Notes under the pieces: model-generated | Database searches by the model: none | What the model was told of the DNA's origin: nothing | Seen by the model: only the letters and a program-made list of their open reading frames with translations | Part shown: positions 29,859 to 37,891 of the stretch, one piece after another | How positions within the stretch are numbered: the stretch's first letter is position 1 | How the letters are laid out: each line of letters starts with the position of its first letter | Assembly: GCA_002780895.1 (NCBI GenBank) | Contig: PEUB01000123.1 | Span: forward strand, 1-53,649 | Reading direction: 5' to 3' | Source of the DNA: Nitrospirae bacterium CG02_land_8_20_14_3_00_41_53 | GTDB taxonomy: Bacteria > Nitrospirota > Thermodesulfovibrionia > Thermodesulfovibrionales > SM23-35 | Length of the DNA: 53,649 nt | Position numbers and translations under genes: made by a program

Positions 29859-29960
29859 ATGAGTAAAGAAAAAGATAAGAAAAAAGCAAGTGAAAAGAAA
29901 AAACCACAGCATACACTTAAAGAGAAAAGACAATTAAAAAAAGAAAAAACGCCTCGCTAA
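29859..29960 (+). CDS. Candidate 33-aa lysine-rich small protein
   Basis: AAGGAGG lies 6 nt before the ATG. MSKEKDKKKASEKKKPQHTLKEKRQLKKEKTPR. Below the ORF-track length cutoff. No homology known to me. Confidence 0.35.
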   Translation: MSKEKDKKKASEKKKPQHTLKEKRQLKKEKTPR

Positions 29961-29985
29961 CAACGTAGTGCATTGTGTGGAATAT

Positions 29986-30057
29986 GTCATGCTGAACTTG
30001 TTTCAGCATCTAAGAAAATCAATGTGTTAAGAGACCCTGAAACGAGTTCAAGGTGAC
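29986..30057 (+). repeat. Structured GTCAT...GGTGAC palindromic repeat, copy 2
   Basis: gtcatgcTGAACTTGTTTCAGcatctaa...agagaccCTGAAACGAGTTCAaggtgac. It has the same flanks as copy 1 (GTCAT, ATCT, AGACCCT, GGTGAC) but a different, self-complementary stem. Confidence 0.7.
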
Positions 30058-30339
30058 AAAAAAGGAGTTTTTCAACAGCCTGTTGACTTGCGACTCAATC
30101 AAAGCTGAACATTGCTCGCATATTTCTTCTGTAAATCCTCACTTTTTCAGCCTTAGAAAAAGTGTTTGATAGCAGGTGAAAGGTGCAACCGATTCAAAAT
30201 ATCTAAAGTGCGGATTTGATGAAGAAATCAACAATTCGGCTGACATCGTCTATCGGGTTAAATCCTATCTTTTACACTTAATACTATTTTATCGGATATT
30301 GCGCCTACTTTATGGAGCACTTCAGAGAAATGCTACCAT

Positions 30340-30645
30340 TTATTTTTTCAGAGATTTTCCGATCCTTCTTTCTATTGATTTTACCTTCTCATCTATCCTG
30401 TTGGGTTTTCCCTTCCTGTCGTCGATGGATATAGTTGTAATTGCCCTCTCTCCAGTTTTCATCACAGTATTATGGCATTTTTTTACGAGCTTCATTATCT
30501 CATCCCATTCACCTTCAATAACTGTACCCATAGGATTAATCTTATAAGAGAGTCCACTTGCATCAATTATCTTCAACACCTCAGCAAGCTGGTCACCTAT
30601 GCTGCTCCCAACACCTATTGGTATAATACTGAATTCTATAAGCAT
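30340..30645 (-). CDS. MTH1187/YkoF-like (DUF77) small protein
   Basis: 101 aa. MLIEFSIIPIGVGSSIGDQLAEVLKIIDASGLSYKINPMGTVIEGEWDEIM matches the MTH1187 family pattern. Confidence 0.7.
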   Translation of the reverse strand: MLIEFSIIPIGVGSSIGDQLAEVLKIIDASGLSYKINPMGTVIEGEWDEIMKLVKKCHNTVMKTGERAITTISIDDRKGKPNRIDEKVKSIERRIGKSLKK

Positions 30646-30711
30646 AACCCCTCCTTACCGGTCGTAGACCTTTTTATATTCCTATAGAATAAAGGATAGC
30701 AAAAAGATTTT

Positions 30712-30752
30712 AAAATAAGAAGGGGCAAGTAAAACTTGTCCCTTCTTATTTT
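30712..30752 (-). terminator. Rho-independent terminator downstream of the HU gene
   Basis: aaaataagaaggggcaag-taaaa-cttgtcccttcttatttt. An 18-bp stem (one G.T pair) is followed on the minus strand by a T-rich tract. Confidence 0.6.
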
Positions 30753-30765
30753 AAAAGTATTCAGT

Positions 30766-31038
30766 TTATCTTACTGCGTCTTTGAGTGCCTTGCCTGCTG
30801 TAAACTTTGGTACCTTGGCGGCAGGAATTGTAATAACCTCGCCAGTCCTTGGATTACGGCCTTTCCTGGTTTTTCTTTTAACAACAGAGAATGTCCCGAA
30901 CCCAACGAGTGTAACCTTCTGTCCTTTCTTTAAAGCTAATTTTACCGAGTTTAGAGTAGAATCCAATGCCCTCGATGCATCTGCCTTACTTAATCCTGTA
31001 CCTGATGCGATCTTGTCTATAAGCTCTGCTTTTGTCAT
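30766..31038 (-). CDS. hup: DNA-binding protein HU
   Basis: 90 aa. [11 protein letters not shown]...[28 protein letters not shown] is canonical HU. Confidence 0.9.
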   Translation of the reverse strand: MTKAELIDKIASGTGLSKADASRALDSTLNSVKLALKKGQKVTLVGFGTFSVVKRKTRKGRNPRTGEVITIPAAKVPKFTAGKALKDAVR

Positions 31039-31311
31039 CTATAATTTCCCCCCTTTCATAATAAAGAATTTGTTAGTAACGTTAAATAAAGCTGACATAA
31101 CACTATCAAGGAAGAAATCCTTTTGTCAAGCCAAAAATTAATCCCCCTGATAGAAAAACTCATGCCAGTCCATGTTTTGCTTTGAGGTAAGGCTCAGAAC
31201 AGTTTTTTTGCATTTGGATAAACCCTTGAAGAAATTCTCTGCTCGTATAGTTCAATATATAGTAGTCTTTTAATCTATAGCATACAGGATATAGAAGTCG
31301 TTATTTTTTCC

Positions 31312-31340
31312 TTGACATTAGTTTTTCCCCGCACTATATT
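31312..31340 (+). promoter_or_regulatory. dcw cluster promoter (Pmra-like): TTGACA-17 nt-TATATT
   Basis: TTGACA at 31312-31317 and TATATT at 31335-31340, with exactly 17-nt spacing, 34 nt before the mraZ ATG. Confidence 0.65.
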
Positions 31341-31373
31341 GAGTGGTAGAAAGTGGTAGAAAGTGGAGGGAAA
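31341..31373 (+). promoter_or_regulatory. MraZ operator: three direct (A)AAGTGG boxes with 10-bp phasing
   Basis: GTGG at 31343, 31353 and 31363 (gaGTGGtagaaaGTGGtagaaaGTGGaggg), directly downstream of the -10. This matches the known arrangement of MraZ boxes. Confidence 0.65.
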
Positions 31374-31826
31374 ATGCCAACTTTCTCTGGGAAATACTAT
31401 TACGCTGTTGACCCAAAAGGCAGGATTATTATTCCTGCTCCTTTCAGAGGGATCATTTCAAGTAATTATAGCTCAAAACTTTACATTACAAACGCTCCAT
31501 TTGATAGATGTCTTTATATATATCCATTGGAGGAGTGGAACAGGCTACAGGAGCAGGTTCGTACAAAGCCAAGATCTGATGAGGCAATCAGGTTTTTTTT
31601 GAGAAGGGTTATTGCCTCTGCTGTTGAAATAGAAATGGATAAACAGGGTAGGGTTCTAATACCTGCTGCCCTCAGAGAGGATGCAAATATAAATACTAAT
31701 GTTGTTATGGCTGGCCAAATAGAAAGAATAGAACTATGGGACAGGAATGAGTGGGATATCCTATTCGACCTTGCAAAGATAGATAAGAGATCTATTGAAG
31801 AAAGACTTGCATCTTATGGTCTTTAA
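31374..31826 (+). CDS. mraZ: Transcriptional regulator MraZ
   Basis: MPTFSGKYYYAVDPKGRIIIPAPFR plus a second DxxGR motif (MDKQGRVLIPAALR). ATG 31374 follows GGAGGG. The track's GTG 31353 start lies inside the operator repeats. Confidence 0.9.
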   Translation: MPTFSGKYYYAVDPKGRIIIPAPFRGIISSNYSSKLYITNAPFDRCLYIYPLEEWNRLQEQVRTKPRSDEAIRFFLRRVIASAVEIEMDKQGRVLIPAALREDANINTNVVMAGQIERIELWDRNEWDILFDLAKIDKRSIEERLASYGL

Positions 31827-31844
31827 AGGCTGTTGAATTACAAA

Positions 31845-31868
31845 CTGCGGATTGCAGGCCGCAGATTA
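31845..31868 (+). repeat. Short degenerate heptamer run / 6-bp hairpin in the mraZ-rsmH spacer
   Basis: ctgcgg-attgcagg-ccgcag-att. Resembles the gatgcaa/gatgcgg units at 36440. Confidence 0.35.
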
Positions 31869-31960
31869 TAAGGGAGGTTTTAGTTAATTTTGTATTTTAA
31901 AAATTATATTCTTCAATTTACATCGGGGGATTTACTATAGAGATTCCTCATCTGCCGGTT

Positions 31961-32812
31961 ATGGTGAGAGAGGTGATGGAGATGCTTAACCCAGGTAGGG
32001 GTGGAGTATATGTAGATGCAACAATTGGACTTGGGGGACATTCAGAAAATATATTAAGGTTGATCGGTTCTGATGGCAAACTCATCGGGATTGACAGAGA
32101 TGAGGAGGCCCTTAAAGTGGCTGGAAATAAACTCTCAGGCGGAAGGGTTATTTTAAAGAGGGGAAATTTTTCAGATATGGAAAGTCTGCTTTACCGAGAT
32201 GGGATATCTGAGGTTGACGGCATCCTGTTTGACATTGGTGTTTCAATGTTGCAATTAAAGGACCCCGAAAGGGGATTTAGTTTTATTTCTGATAAGCGTC
32301 TGGATATGAGGATGTATAGGAAACAGAAAATGTCTGCATGGGATGTTGTGAACAAATATCCTGAAAAGGAACTCGAACGAATACTGAGAGAATTCGGTGA
32401 AGAGCGGCTGTCAAGAAAGATAGCAAAGGCAATAGTCTGGTCGAGGGGTAAGAGACCGATTGATACCTGTTCCGAACTATCAAGGATTGTGGAAGATATA
32501 TATGGTGGGAGAGGGAGATCTCATCCCGCAACAAAGACATTCCAGGCGTTGAGGATAGAGGTAAATAAAGAGCTTGAACAACTAAAAGCAGGGCTTGATG
32601 CTTCATTAAGGCTTCTTAAAAAAGGCGGAAGATTGTGTGTTATCTCATACCATTCGTTAGAAGACAGGGTGGTTAAGAATTTTATAGCAGATAATTCAAA
32701 AAAAGCATTGCTCAAGGCTATCATAAAAAAACCCATAACTCCCAACCCTGAAGAGATCAGGTTAAACCCCTCTTCAAGGAGTGCAAAACTAAGAGCAGCG
32801 GAGAGGCTATGA
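31961..32812 (+). CDS. rsmH: 16S rRNA (cytosine1402-N4)-methyltransferase RsmH
   Basis: YVDATIGLGGHSE, IDRD, FDIGVSMLQL and SYHSLEDR motifs. Coordinates use the first ATG. The conserved H-x-P-V-M N-terminus is encoded in frame upstream (see finding). Confidence 0.9.
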   Translation: MVREVMEMLNPGRGGVYVDATIGLGGHSENILRLIGSDGKLIGIDRDEEALKVAGNKLSGGRVILKRGNFSDMESLLYRDGISEVDGILFDIGVSMLQLKDPERGFSFISDKRLDMRMYRKQKMSAWDVVNKYPEKELERILREFGEERLSRKIAKAIVWSRGKRPIDTCSELSRIVEDIYGGRGRSHPATKTFQALRIEVNKELEQLKAGLDASLRLLKKGGRLCVISYHSLEDRVVKNFIADNSKKALLKAIIKKPITPNPEEIRLNPSSRSAKLRAAERL

Positions 32813-33159
32813 TACACACAGGCAGCGGTAGGAATATGTTTTCATTTATCTTTAAGCCCTTATTTATTGCCATCTTGCTCGTTGGAGTGTTCGGTCTTGT
32901 ATATCTGAGATCCAGCGTTATGACATTAGAATACAGTTTAGGCGAACTTGAAAAAACAAAGATGAATTATCTTAGAGAGAGAAAGATGCTGTTTGCTGAA
33001 AAGACAAGCCTGCTGTCTATTGAAAAAGTGGGGGCATCTCTTAGCGGGAGCCATGGTTTTGTCTTTCCTGACAGGGTCAGGGTAATACACTTGAATAAAC
33101 AGAAAGGGTCTTTACCTTATAAGGCCTCACTGGAGAAAAGGCAATTAACTGGATATTAA
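32809..33159 (+). CDS. ftsL: Cell division protein FtsL-like
   Basis: 116 aa. A single TM helix followed by a coiled-coil-like segment, in the canonical position between rsmH and ftsI. Confidence 0.55.
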   Translation: MIHTGSGRNMFSFIFKPLFIAILLVGVFGLVYLRSSVMTLEYSLGELEKTKMNYLRERKMLFAEKTSLLSIEKVGASLSGSHGFVFPDRVRVIHLNKQKGSLPYKASLEKRQLTGY

Positions 33160-33196
33160 TGAGCCTAAGGCTCATTAATTATAGAGGGGGACAGGT

Positions 33197-34897
33197 TTGA
33201 ATAAAAAGAGGGCAATCATTTTGAATACCACAATCATTTTCAGTTTTTTTTTAGTATCCCTGCGCCTTACAGACCTGATGATATTTAACCATACACGTCT
33301 TTCGGAGAGGGCTAAACTGCAACATGTAAAGGTTGAAGACATTCAGGTGAGAAGGGGAATAATATTTGACAGGCGAGGTAGGGAACTCGCATTAAACCTT
33401 GAACTCGAATCTCTATATTGCGATCCTGAGAACCTAAATCTTGATAATGACAGTATGAGGCGGCTTGCATCTGTGATGGCGAAGGAACCCAGGGTTATCC
33501 TTTCGAAGATTCCTGCTGCTGGGAGATTTGCATGGGTTGAAAGAAAGCTTGAGCCTGATACCGCAGAGAAGGTAAAAAGGCTTAATATCAAGGGCTTGGA
33601 ATTTTTGACCGAGGCAAAAAGGTTTTACCCGAAAGGTGAACTTGCCTCTCACATCCTCGGCTTTGTTGGTGTAGACAACCAGGCACTTGAGGGCGTCGAA
33701 CTAAAATATGACAGATATATTAAGACTACAGGGGGAAAGGTGTTCTTTGAGAGGGACGCGAGCGGGAAGACACTTTCATCAGGAGTAGATATAGAGGCAA
33801 AAGGGAATAATATTGTACTCACAATTGATGAAGGCCTCCAGTCTATTGTTGAAAGGGAGATTGACAAGGCGATAATAAAATGGAGGGCTGCTGCTGCGTC
33901 AGCCATCATGATGGATCCTTTCACAGGTGAAATTCTGGCCCTTGCTAACAGGCCTGCATATGACCCTAATAAAGGAGGGAGCGCGGGTGGTTCTGAGAAG
34001 AGAAACAGGGCGATAACTGACTGCTATGAACCAGGCTCTACCTTCAAGATTATTATTGGTGTTGCTTCTCTTGAAGAAAAGATAGCAAAACCAGATACAT
34101 TATTTGACGTTAGTAAAGGTAGCATTCAGGTTGGGGGTAAGACTATCCGTGATGTACATAAATATGGTGTTCTGACATTCAAAGAGGTTATTCAGAAATC
34201 CTCAAATGTGGGTTCCATTACTATCGGCATGCGGCTCGGAAAGGATAGGATATATAAATACGCAAAACTTTTAGGTGTGGGTAAAAAGACAGGGATAGAC
34301 TTACCAGGCGAGGTCTCAGGGTGGATACATCCGCCTGAAAGATGGTCAGGCACATCCCTTGGCGCAATACCAATTGGGCAGGAGGTTGCGGTAACACCAC
34401 TTCAGATGCTCAGGGCTTATTCTGCAATTGCAAATGGAGGATTTCTTGTCAGACCACATGTTGTTTCTGAGATAATCTCGCCGAATGGCCAGGTGCTTGC
34501 TTCATTGAAAGATAAGGAGATGAAACGCATAATTTCTGCAAGGACAGCAGAGACGTTTAAGGATATATTAAAAAGCGTTGTAGAAGAAGGTGGAACCGGC
34601 AAAAGGGCCTCTGTAGATGGGAATGAGGTCGCAGGCAAGACAGGTACAGCACAGATTATTGACCCAAGGACAAAGAGATATTCGAAAGAAAAATTTGTTA
34701 GTTCTTTTGTGGGGTTTGTACCGGCTGACAACCCAAGGCTTGCGATAATTGTTGTTATCTATGAACCTAAGGGCCAGATTTACGGGGGAGTTGTGGCTGC
34801 GCCTGTTTTCAGGGATATTGCCGATCAGTCATTATCGTATCTTGATATACCGAGGGAAGATAACCCTCACCATGCCCCCTTATTGGTATCGAGATGA
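33197..34897 (+). CDS. ftsI: Peptidoglycan D,D-transpeptidase FtsI (PBP3-like)
   Basis: 566 aa, TTG start after GAGGGGGA. Motifs STFK, SSN and KTGT. Confidence 0.85.
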   Translation: MNKKRAIILNTTIIFSFFLVSLRLTDLMIFNHTRLSERAKLQHVKVEDIQVRRGIIFDRRGRELALNLELESLYCDPENLNLDNDSMRRLASVMAKEPRVILSKIPAAGRFAWVERKLEPDTAEKVKRLNIKGLEFLTEAKRFYPKGELASHILGFVGVDNQALEGVELKYDRYIKTTGGKVFFERDASGKTLSSGVDIEAKGNNIVLTIDEGLQSIVEREIDKAIIKWRAAAASAIMMDPFTGEILALANRPAYDPNKGGSAGGSEKRNRAITDCYEPGSTFKIIIGVASLEEKIAKPDTLFDVSKGSIQVGGKTIRDVHKYGVLTFKEVIQKSSNVGSITIGMRLGKDRIYKYAKLLGVGKKTGIDLPGEVSGWIHPPERWSGTSLGAIPIGQEVAVTPLQMLRAYSAIANGGFLVRPHVVSEIISPNGQVLASLKDKEMKRIISARTAETFKDILKSVVEEGGTGKRASVDGNEVAGKTGTAQIIDPRTKRYSKEKFVSSFVGFVPADNPRLAIIVVIYEPKGQIYGGVVAAPVFRDIADQSLSYLDIPREDNPHHAPLLVSR

Positions 34898-36480
34898 GAT
34901 TTAGAGAACTTCTTCATGGTTGCGAGTACATTAATCTCCCCTCACCCCCCTTTAATTCCCCCCTTAGTAAGGGGGGATATAGAGGGGTTAAAGGAGGGCA
35001 GGGGTGGTGGGACCTAGATATCTCAGGCGTAGCTTATGATTCCCGGAAGGTAAAAGAAGGTTACCTGTTTGTGGCAATTACAGGCGAGAGGTATGACGGA
35101 CACGATTTTATCAAAGATGCAATTAAAAGAGGTGCAGTTGCGATAGTTGGGGAGAAAGATTCTCCGATTCCTTTGTATATCCGTGTCAAAGACAGCAGAA
35201 AGGCACTTGCCTGTATAGCTAATAATTATTATGGAATGCCATCAGAGGCTCTCACACTGATAGGTATAACCGGTACAAATGGAAAGACAACAACAACTTA
35301 TATCCTAAAGTCTATTCTCGAGTCATGGGGAAAAGAGGTTGGCCTGATCGGCACAATTCAATACATGATAAAAGACAGGGTCTATCCTGCACTGCATACA
35401 ACACCTGAATCCCTTGAATTTCAAGGGCTATTAAAGGATATGCTTTTATCAGGATGCACATATGTTATCTCAGAGGTCTCTTCTCATGCACTTGCGCTGT
35501 ACCGAGTGGATAGGGCTATTTTTAATGTTGCATTGTTTACAAATTTTACAAGAGACCATCTGGACTTTCATAAAACTATGGAGGATTATTTCAGGGTAAA
35601 GAAGAGATTATTTATAGAGCTTCTTGATAAGGATGGTATCGCTATAATAAATCTTGATGATCCATATGGAAAGAGACTTATCTCGTCACTTATAGCTTTT
35701 AACCCGTCACAGGGTATATTGACATATGGGATAGAGAGCGGAGCAGATATCATGGCAGGTGATATTGATAACTCATCCGGGGGATTGAATTTCAAGATAT
35801 CATTCCGCGGCAGGAGTTATGATATCTCATCTCAGCTAATAGGCCTGCCGAATGTATATAATATAATGTCTGCAGTTGCTGTATCGATCTCGCTGGAGGT
35901 TCCATGGCAGGTAATCCTGGAAGGCTTAGTAAAGACAGGTAATATTACAGGCAGGTTCGAAAAGGTTGAAATTGGTCAGGAGTTTCTATGCATTATTGAT
36001 TATGCCCATACCGAAGATGCGCTTGAAAGGCTGATATCCACTGCAAGAGAATTTATCTTAACCCCCCATCCCCCCCTTACTAAGGGGGGGCATAGGGGGG
36101 GTCGCGTTATCACAGTCTTCGGTTGCGGGGGAGACAGAGACCGTGGCAAAAGGCCGGCGATGGGCGCAGTAGCAACAAGGCTTAGTGATTTTGTGATTGT
36201 AACCTCTGACAACCCGAGATCTGAAGAACCAACCGATATAATTAAAGATATCGAAAGCGGAGCAGTAAGGAAAAACTATCTCATAGAGCCTGACAGGGGA
36301 GAGGCTATCAGGAAAGCGGTTGGTATGGCAGGTGATGGTGATGTTATTCTTATTGCAGGCAAAGGGCATGAGGATTACCAGGACATTAAAGGTGTCAGGT
36401 ATAGATTTAATGACAGGGATGTTATTGAAGAGGCAATAAAATACAGGATGCAAGATACAAGATGCGGGATGCAAGATTGA
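34894..36480 (+). CDS. murE: UDP-N-acetylmuramoyl-L-alanyl-D-glutamate--2,6-diaminopimelate ligase
   Basis: GITGTNGKTTTTY, FGCGGDRDRGKRP and DNPRSE motifs. Two palindromic inserts and a heptamer-encoded C-terminus. Confidence 0.9.
   Translation: MRFRELLHGCEYINLPSPPFNSPLSKGGYRGVKGGQGWWDLDISGVAYDSRKVKEGYLFVAITGERYDGHDFIKDAIKRGAVAIVGEKDSPIPLYIRVKDSRKALACIANNYYGMPSEALTLIGITGTNGKTTTTYILKSILESWGKEVGLIGTIQYMIKDRVYPALHTTPESLEFQGLLKDMLLSGCTYVISEVSSHALALYRVDRAIFNVALFTNFTRDHLDFHKTMEDYFRVKKRLFIELLDKDGIAIINLDDPYGKRLISSLIAFNPSQGILTYGIESGADIMAGDIDNSSGGLNFKISFRGRSYDISSQLIGLPNVYNIMSAVAVSISLEVPWQVILEGLVKTGNITGRFEKVEIGQEFLCIIDYAHTEDALERLISTAREFILTPHPPLTKGGHRGGRVITVFGCGGDRDRGKRPAMGAVATRLSDFVIVTSDNPRSEEPTDIIKDIESGAVRKNYLIEPDRGEAIRKAVGMAGDGDVILIAGKGHEDYQDIKGVRYRFNDRDVIEEAIKYRMQDTRCGMQD
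34933..35010. repeat. Composite (apparently nested) C/G-run palindromic element in frame in murE
   Basis: aatctcccctcacccccctttaa[ttccccccttagtaaggggggatatagagggg]ttaaaggagggcaggggtggtgg, translated as NLPSPPFNSPLSKGGYRGVKGGQGWW. Confidence 0.7.
36059..36102. repeat. C/G-run palindromic element in frame in murE
   Basis: taaccccccatcccccccttactaagggggggcatagggggggt, translated as LTPHPPLTKGGHRGG, just before FGCGGDRD. Confidence 0.8.
36440..36477 (+). repeat. Heptanucleotide array gatgcaa type, about 5 units
   Basis: aatacag gatgcaa gatacaa gatgcgg gatgcaa gat. Encodes the MurE C-terminus (RMQDTRCGMQD) up to the stop. Confidence 0.7.
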
Positions 36481-36490
36481 AAAAAGATAT

Positions 36491-36518
36491 CAGGTATCAT
36501 GCATCATGAATCGTGCAT
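36491..36518 (+). repeat. Heptanucleotide array catgcat type, 4 units
   Basis: caggtat catgcat catgaat cgtgcat. Contains the candidate murF start ATG(s). Confidence 0.6.
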
Positions 36519-37882
36519 TAGTAATTTATGAAGAGAATACGGATATGTTGACAATTGAAGATATAATTGCAGCAACTGGTGGAAAGGCTATCTATAGTAA
36601 TTCGAATGCCTTTACTGGGGTATCTATTGATTCAAGGACAATAAGAGAAGGTGAGTTATTTATTGCACTCAAGGGCAGCAGATTTGATGGACATAATTTT
36701 CTTAATGAGGCGTTAGATAAGGGAAGCGGTGCTTTAGTAAATTTTCCACCGGTAGAGCCTGTAAAAGGGAAGACAATAATCTATGTAGATGACACACTGA
36801 AGGCACTTCAGGGAATCGCGCGTTATTTACGTTTAAGGAGGGATATCCCTGTTATTGGCATAACAGGTTCTAATGGCAAGACAACAACAAAAGAACTTAT
36901 AGCCTCAATCCTGGGCACGAAGTACAGGGTACTGAAAAATATTGCTAATCTTAATAACCATATCGGACTGCCGTTGAGCCTTACAAGGATAAATGATACC
37001 GATGAGGTTGTTGTGCTTGAGATGGGTGCAAGCGGACCTGGCGAAATAAAGGATTTATGTGAAATAGCGGTTCCAAATTATGGAGTGCTGACTAATATAA
37101 GTCAGGCCCATCTCGAGGGATTTAAAGACCTTGAGACAATAAGAAAGACCAAGCTTGAACTTCTCGATTATATCAGTGCGGCTGTTGTTAATGCTGATGA
37201 CCCTTTTATGACGGAAGGCATTCGTACAGACAGGTTTAAAGGCCGGTTAGTAAGATATGGGATAAAAAATTCTGCTGAAATCCATGCTACTGATATAAGA
37301 CTTTATGAAAAGGGTTCGATCTTTAATTTACATATTGGTGAGAATGGATCTATAGAGGTACATCCAAAGATATCAGGGATGTTTAATATTTACAATCTGC
37401 TTGCAGCTGCCTCAGTTGGATATCTCTTTAATATTGGCCTGCTGAATATAAAGAATGCGATTGATTCTTTTACAGGTTTGCCAATGAGGCTTGAGTTCAC
37501 GGAATTGAACGGTGTCAAGATTATAAATGATGTATATAACGCTAACCCAGCCTCAATGGAGGAGGCAATAAAGGAGCTTGTCAGGGTTAAGAAGGGAAGG
37601 ATAATTGCTGTTCTGGGCGATATGCTTGAACTTGGCTCCCATGGAGAAGAGGCTCACAGGAGACTCGGCAGATTAATGTCAGGATTTCCGATTGACATTT
37701 TTATTGCGGTAGGACCACTCATGTCCTTTGCTGCATCGGAGTTCAATGAGAGTGTTTATAAATTACAGAGTGCTGTTGAAGCAGGGAAGCTGTTAAGGGA
37801 TATCTGTAAAAAAGGAGATACGGTTTTGATAAAGGGTTCGAGGGGAATGAATATGGAAAGGGTTCTGGCCGATGGCCCGTAG
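36506..37882 (+). CDS. murF: UDP-N-acetylmuramoyl-tripeptide--D-alanyl-D-alanine ligase
   Basis: GITGSNGKTTTKEL and the MurF layout. The start is uncertain (ATG 36506 inside a heptamer array; ATG 36545 gives MLTIEDIIAATGG, a more typical N-terminus). Confidence 0.9.
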   Translation: MNRALVIYEENTDMLTIEDIIAATGGKAIYSNSNAFTGVSIDSRTIREGELFIALKGSRFDGHNFLNEALDKGSGALVNFPPVEPVKGKTIIYVDDTLKALQGIARYLRLRRDIPVIGITGSNGKTTTKELIASILGTKYRVLKNIANLNNHIGLPLSLTRINDTDEVVVLEMGASGPGEIKDLCEIAVPNYGVLTNISQAHLEGFKDLETIRKTKLELLDYISAAVVNADDPFMTEGIRTDRFKGRLVRYGIKNSAEIHATDIRLYEKGSIFNLHIGENGSIEVHPKISGMFNIYNLLAAASVGYLFNIGLLNIKNAIDSFTGLPMRLEFTELNGVKIINDVYNANPASMEEAIKELVRVKKGRIIAVLGDMLELGSHGEEAHRRLGRLMSGFPIDIFIAVGPLMSFAASEFNESVYKLQSAVEAGKLLRDICKKGDTVLIKGSRGMNMERVLADGP

Positions 37883-37891
37883 AGAGACATA

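Noticed and set aside
30176-30547. 123-aa plus-strand ORF overlapping the MTH1187-like gene. ORFs 415..657, 9691..9993, 9834..10043 and 9992..10366 are similar cases.
   Set aside because: They have no SD and a hydrophobic low-complexity translation. They overlap a well-supported gene or the tRNA-Leu on the other strand.
31353-31373. GTG 31353 as the mraZ start
   Set aside because: It lies inside the phased GTGG operator repeats and upstream of the SD. ATG 31374 gives the standard MraZ N-terminus.
33968-33992. FtsI segment DPNKGGSAGGSEKRN (aataaaggagggagcgcgggtggtt) as a degenerate right half of a palindromic element
   Set aside because: It resembles the right arm of the murE composite, but there is no left arm. 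The region is a naturally variable loop in PBP3 proteins. The evidence is too weak to call.
36440-36518. A long hairpin formed between the murE-terminal and murF-initial heptamer arrays
   Set aside because: The units are inverted relative to each other (gcaagat versus the reverse complement gcatgat). Unit-by-unit pairing leaves one to three mismatches per 7 nt, so a stable helix is doubtful.
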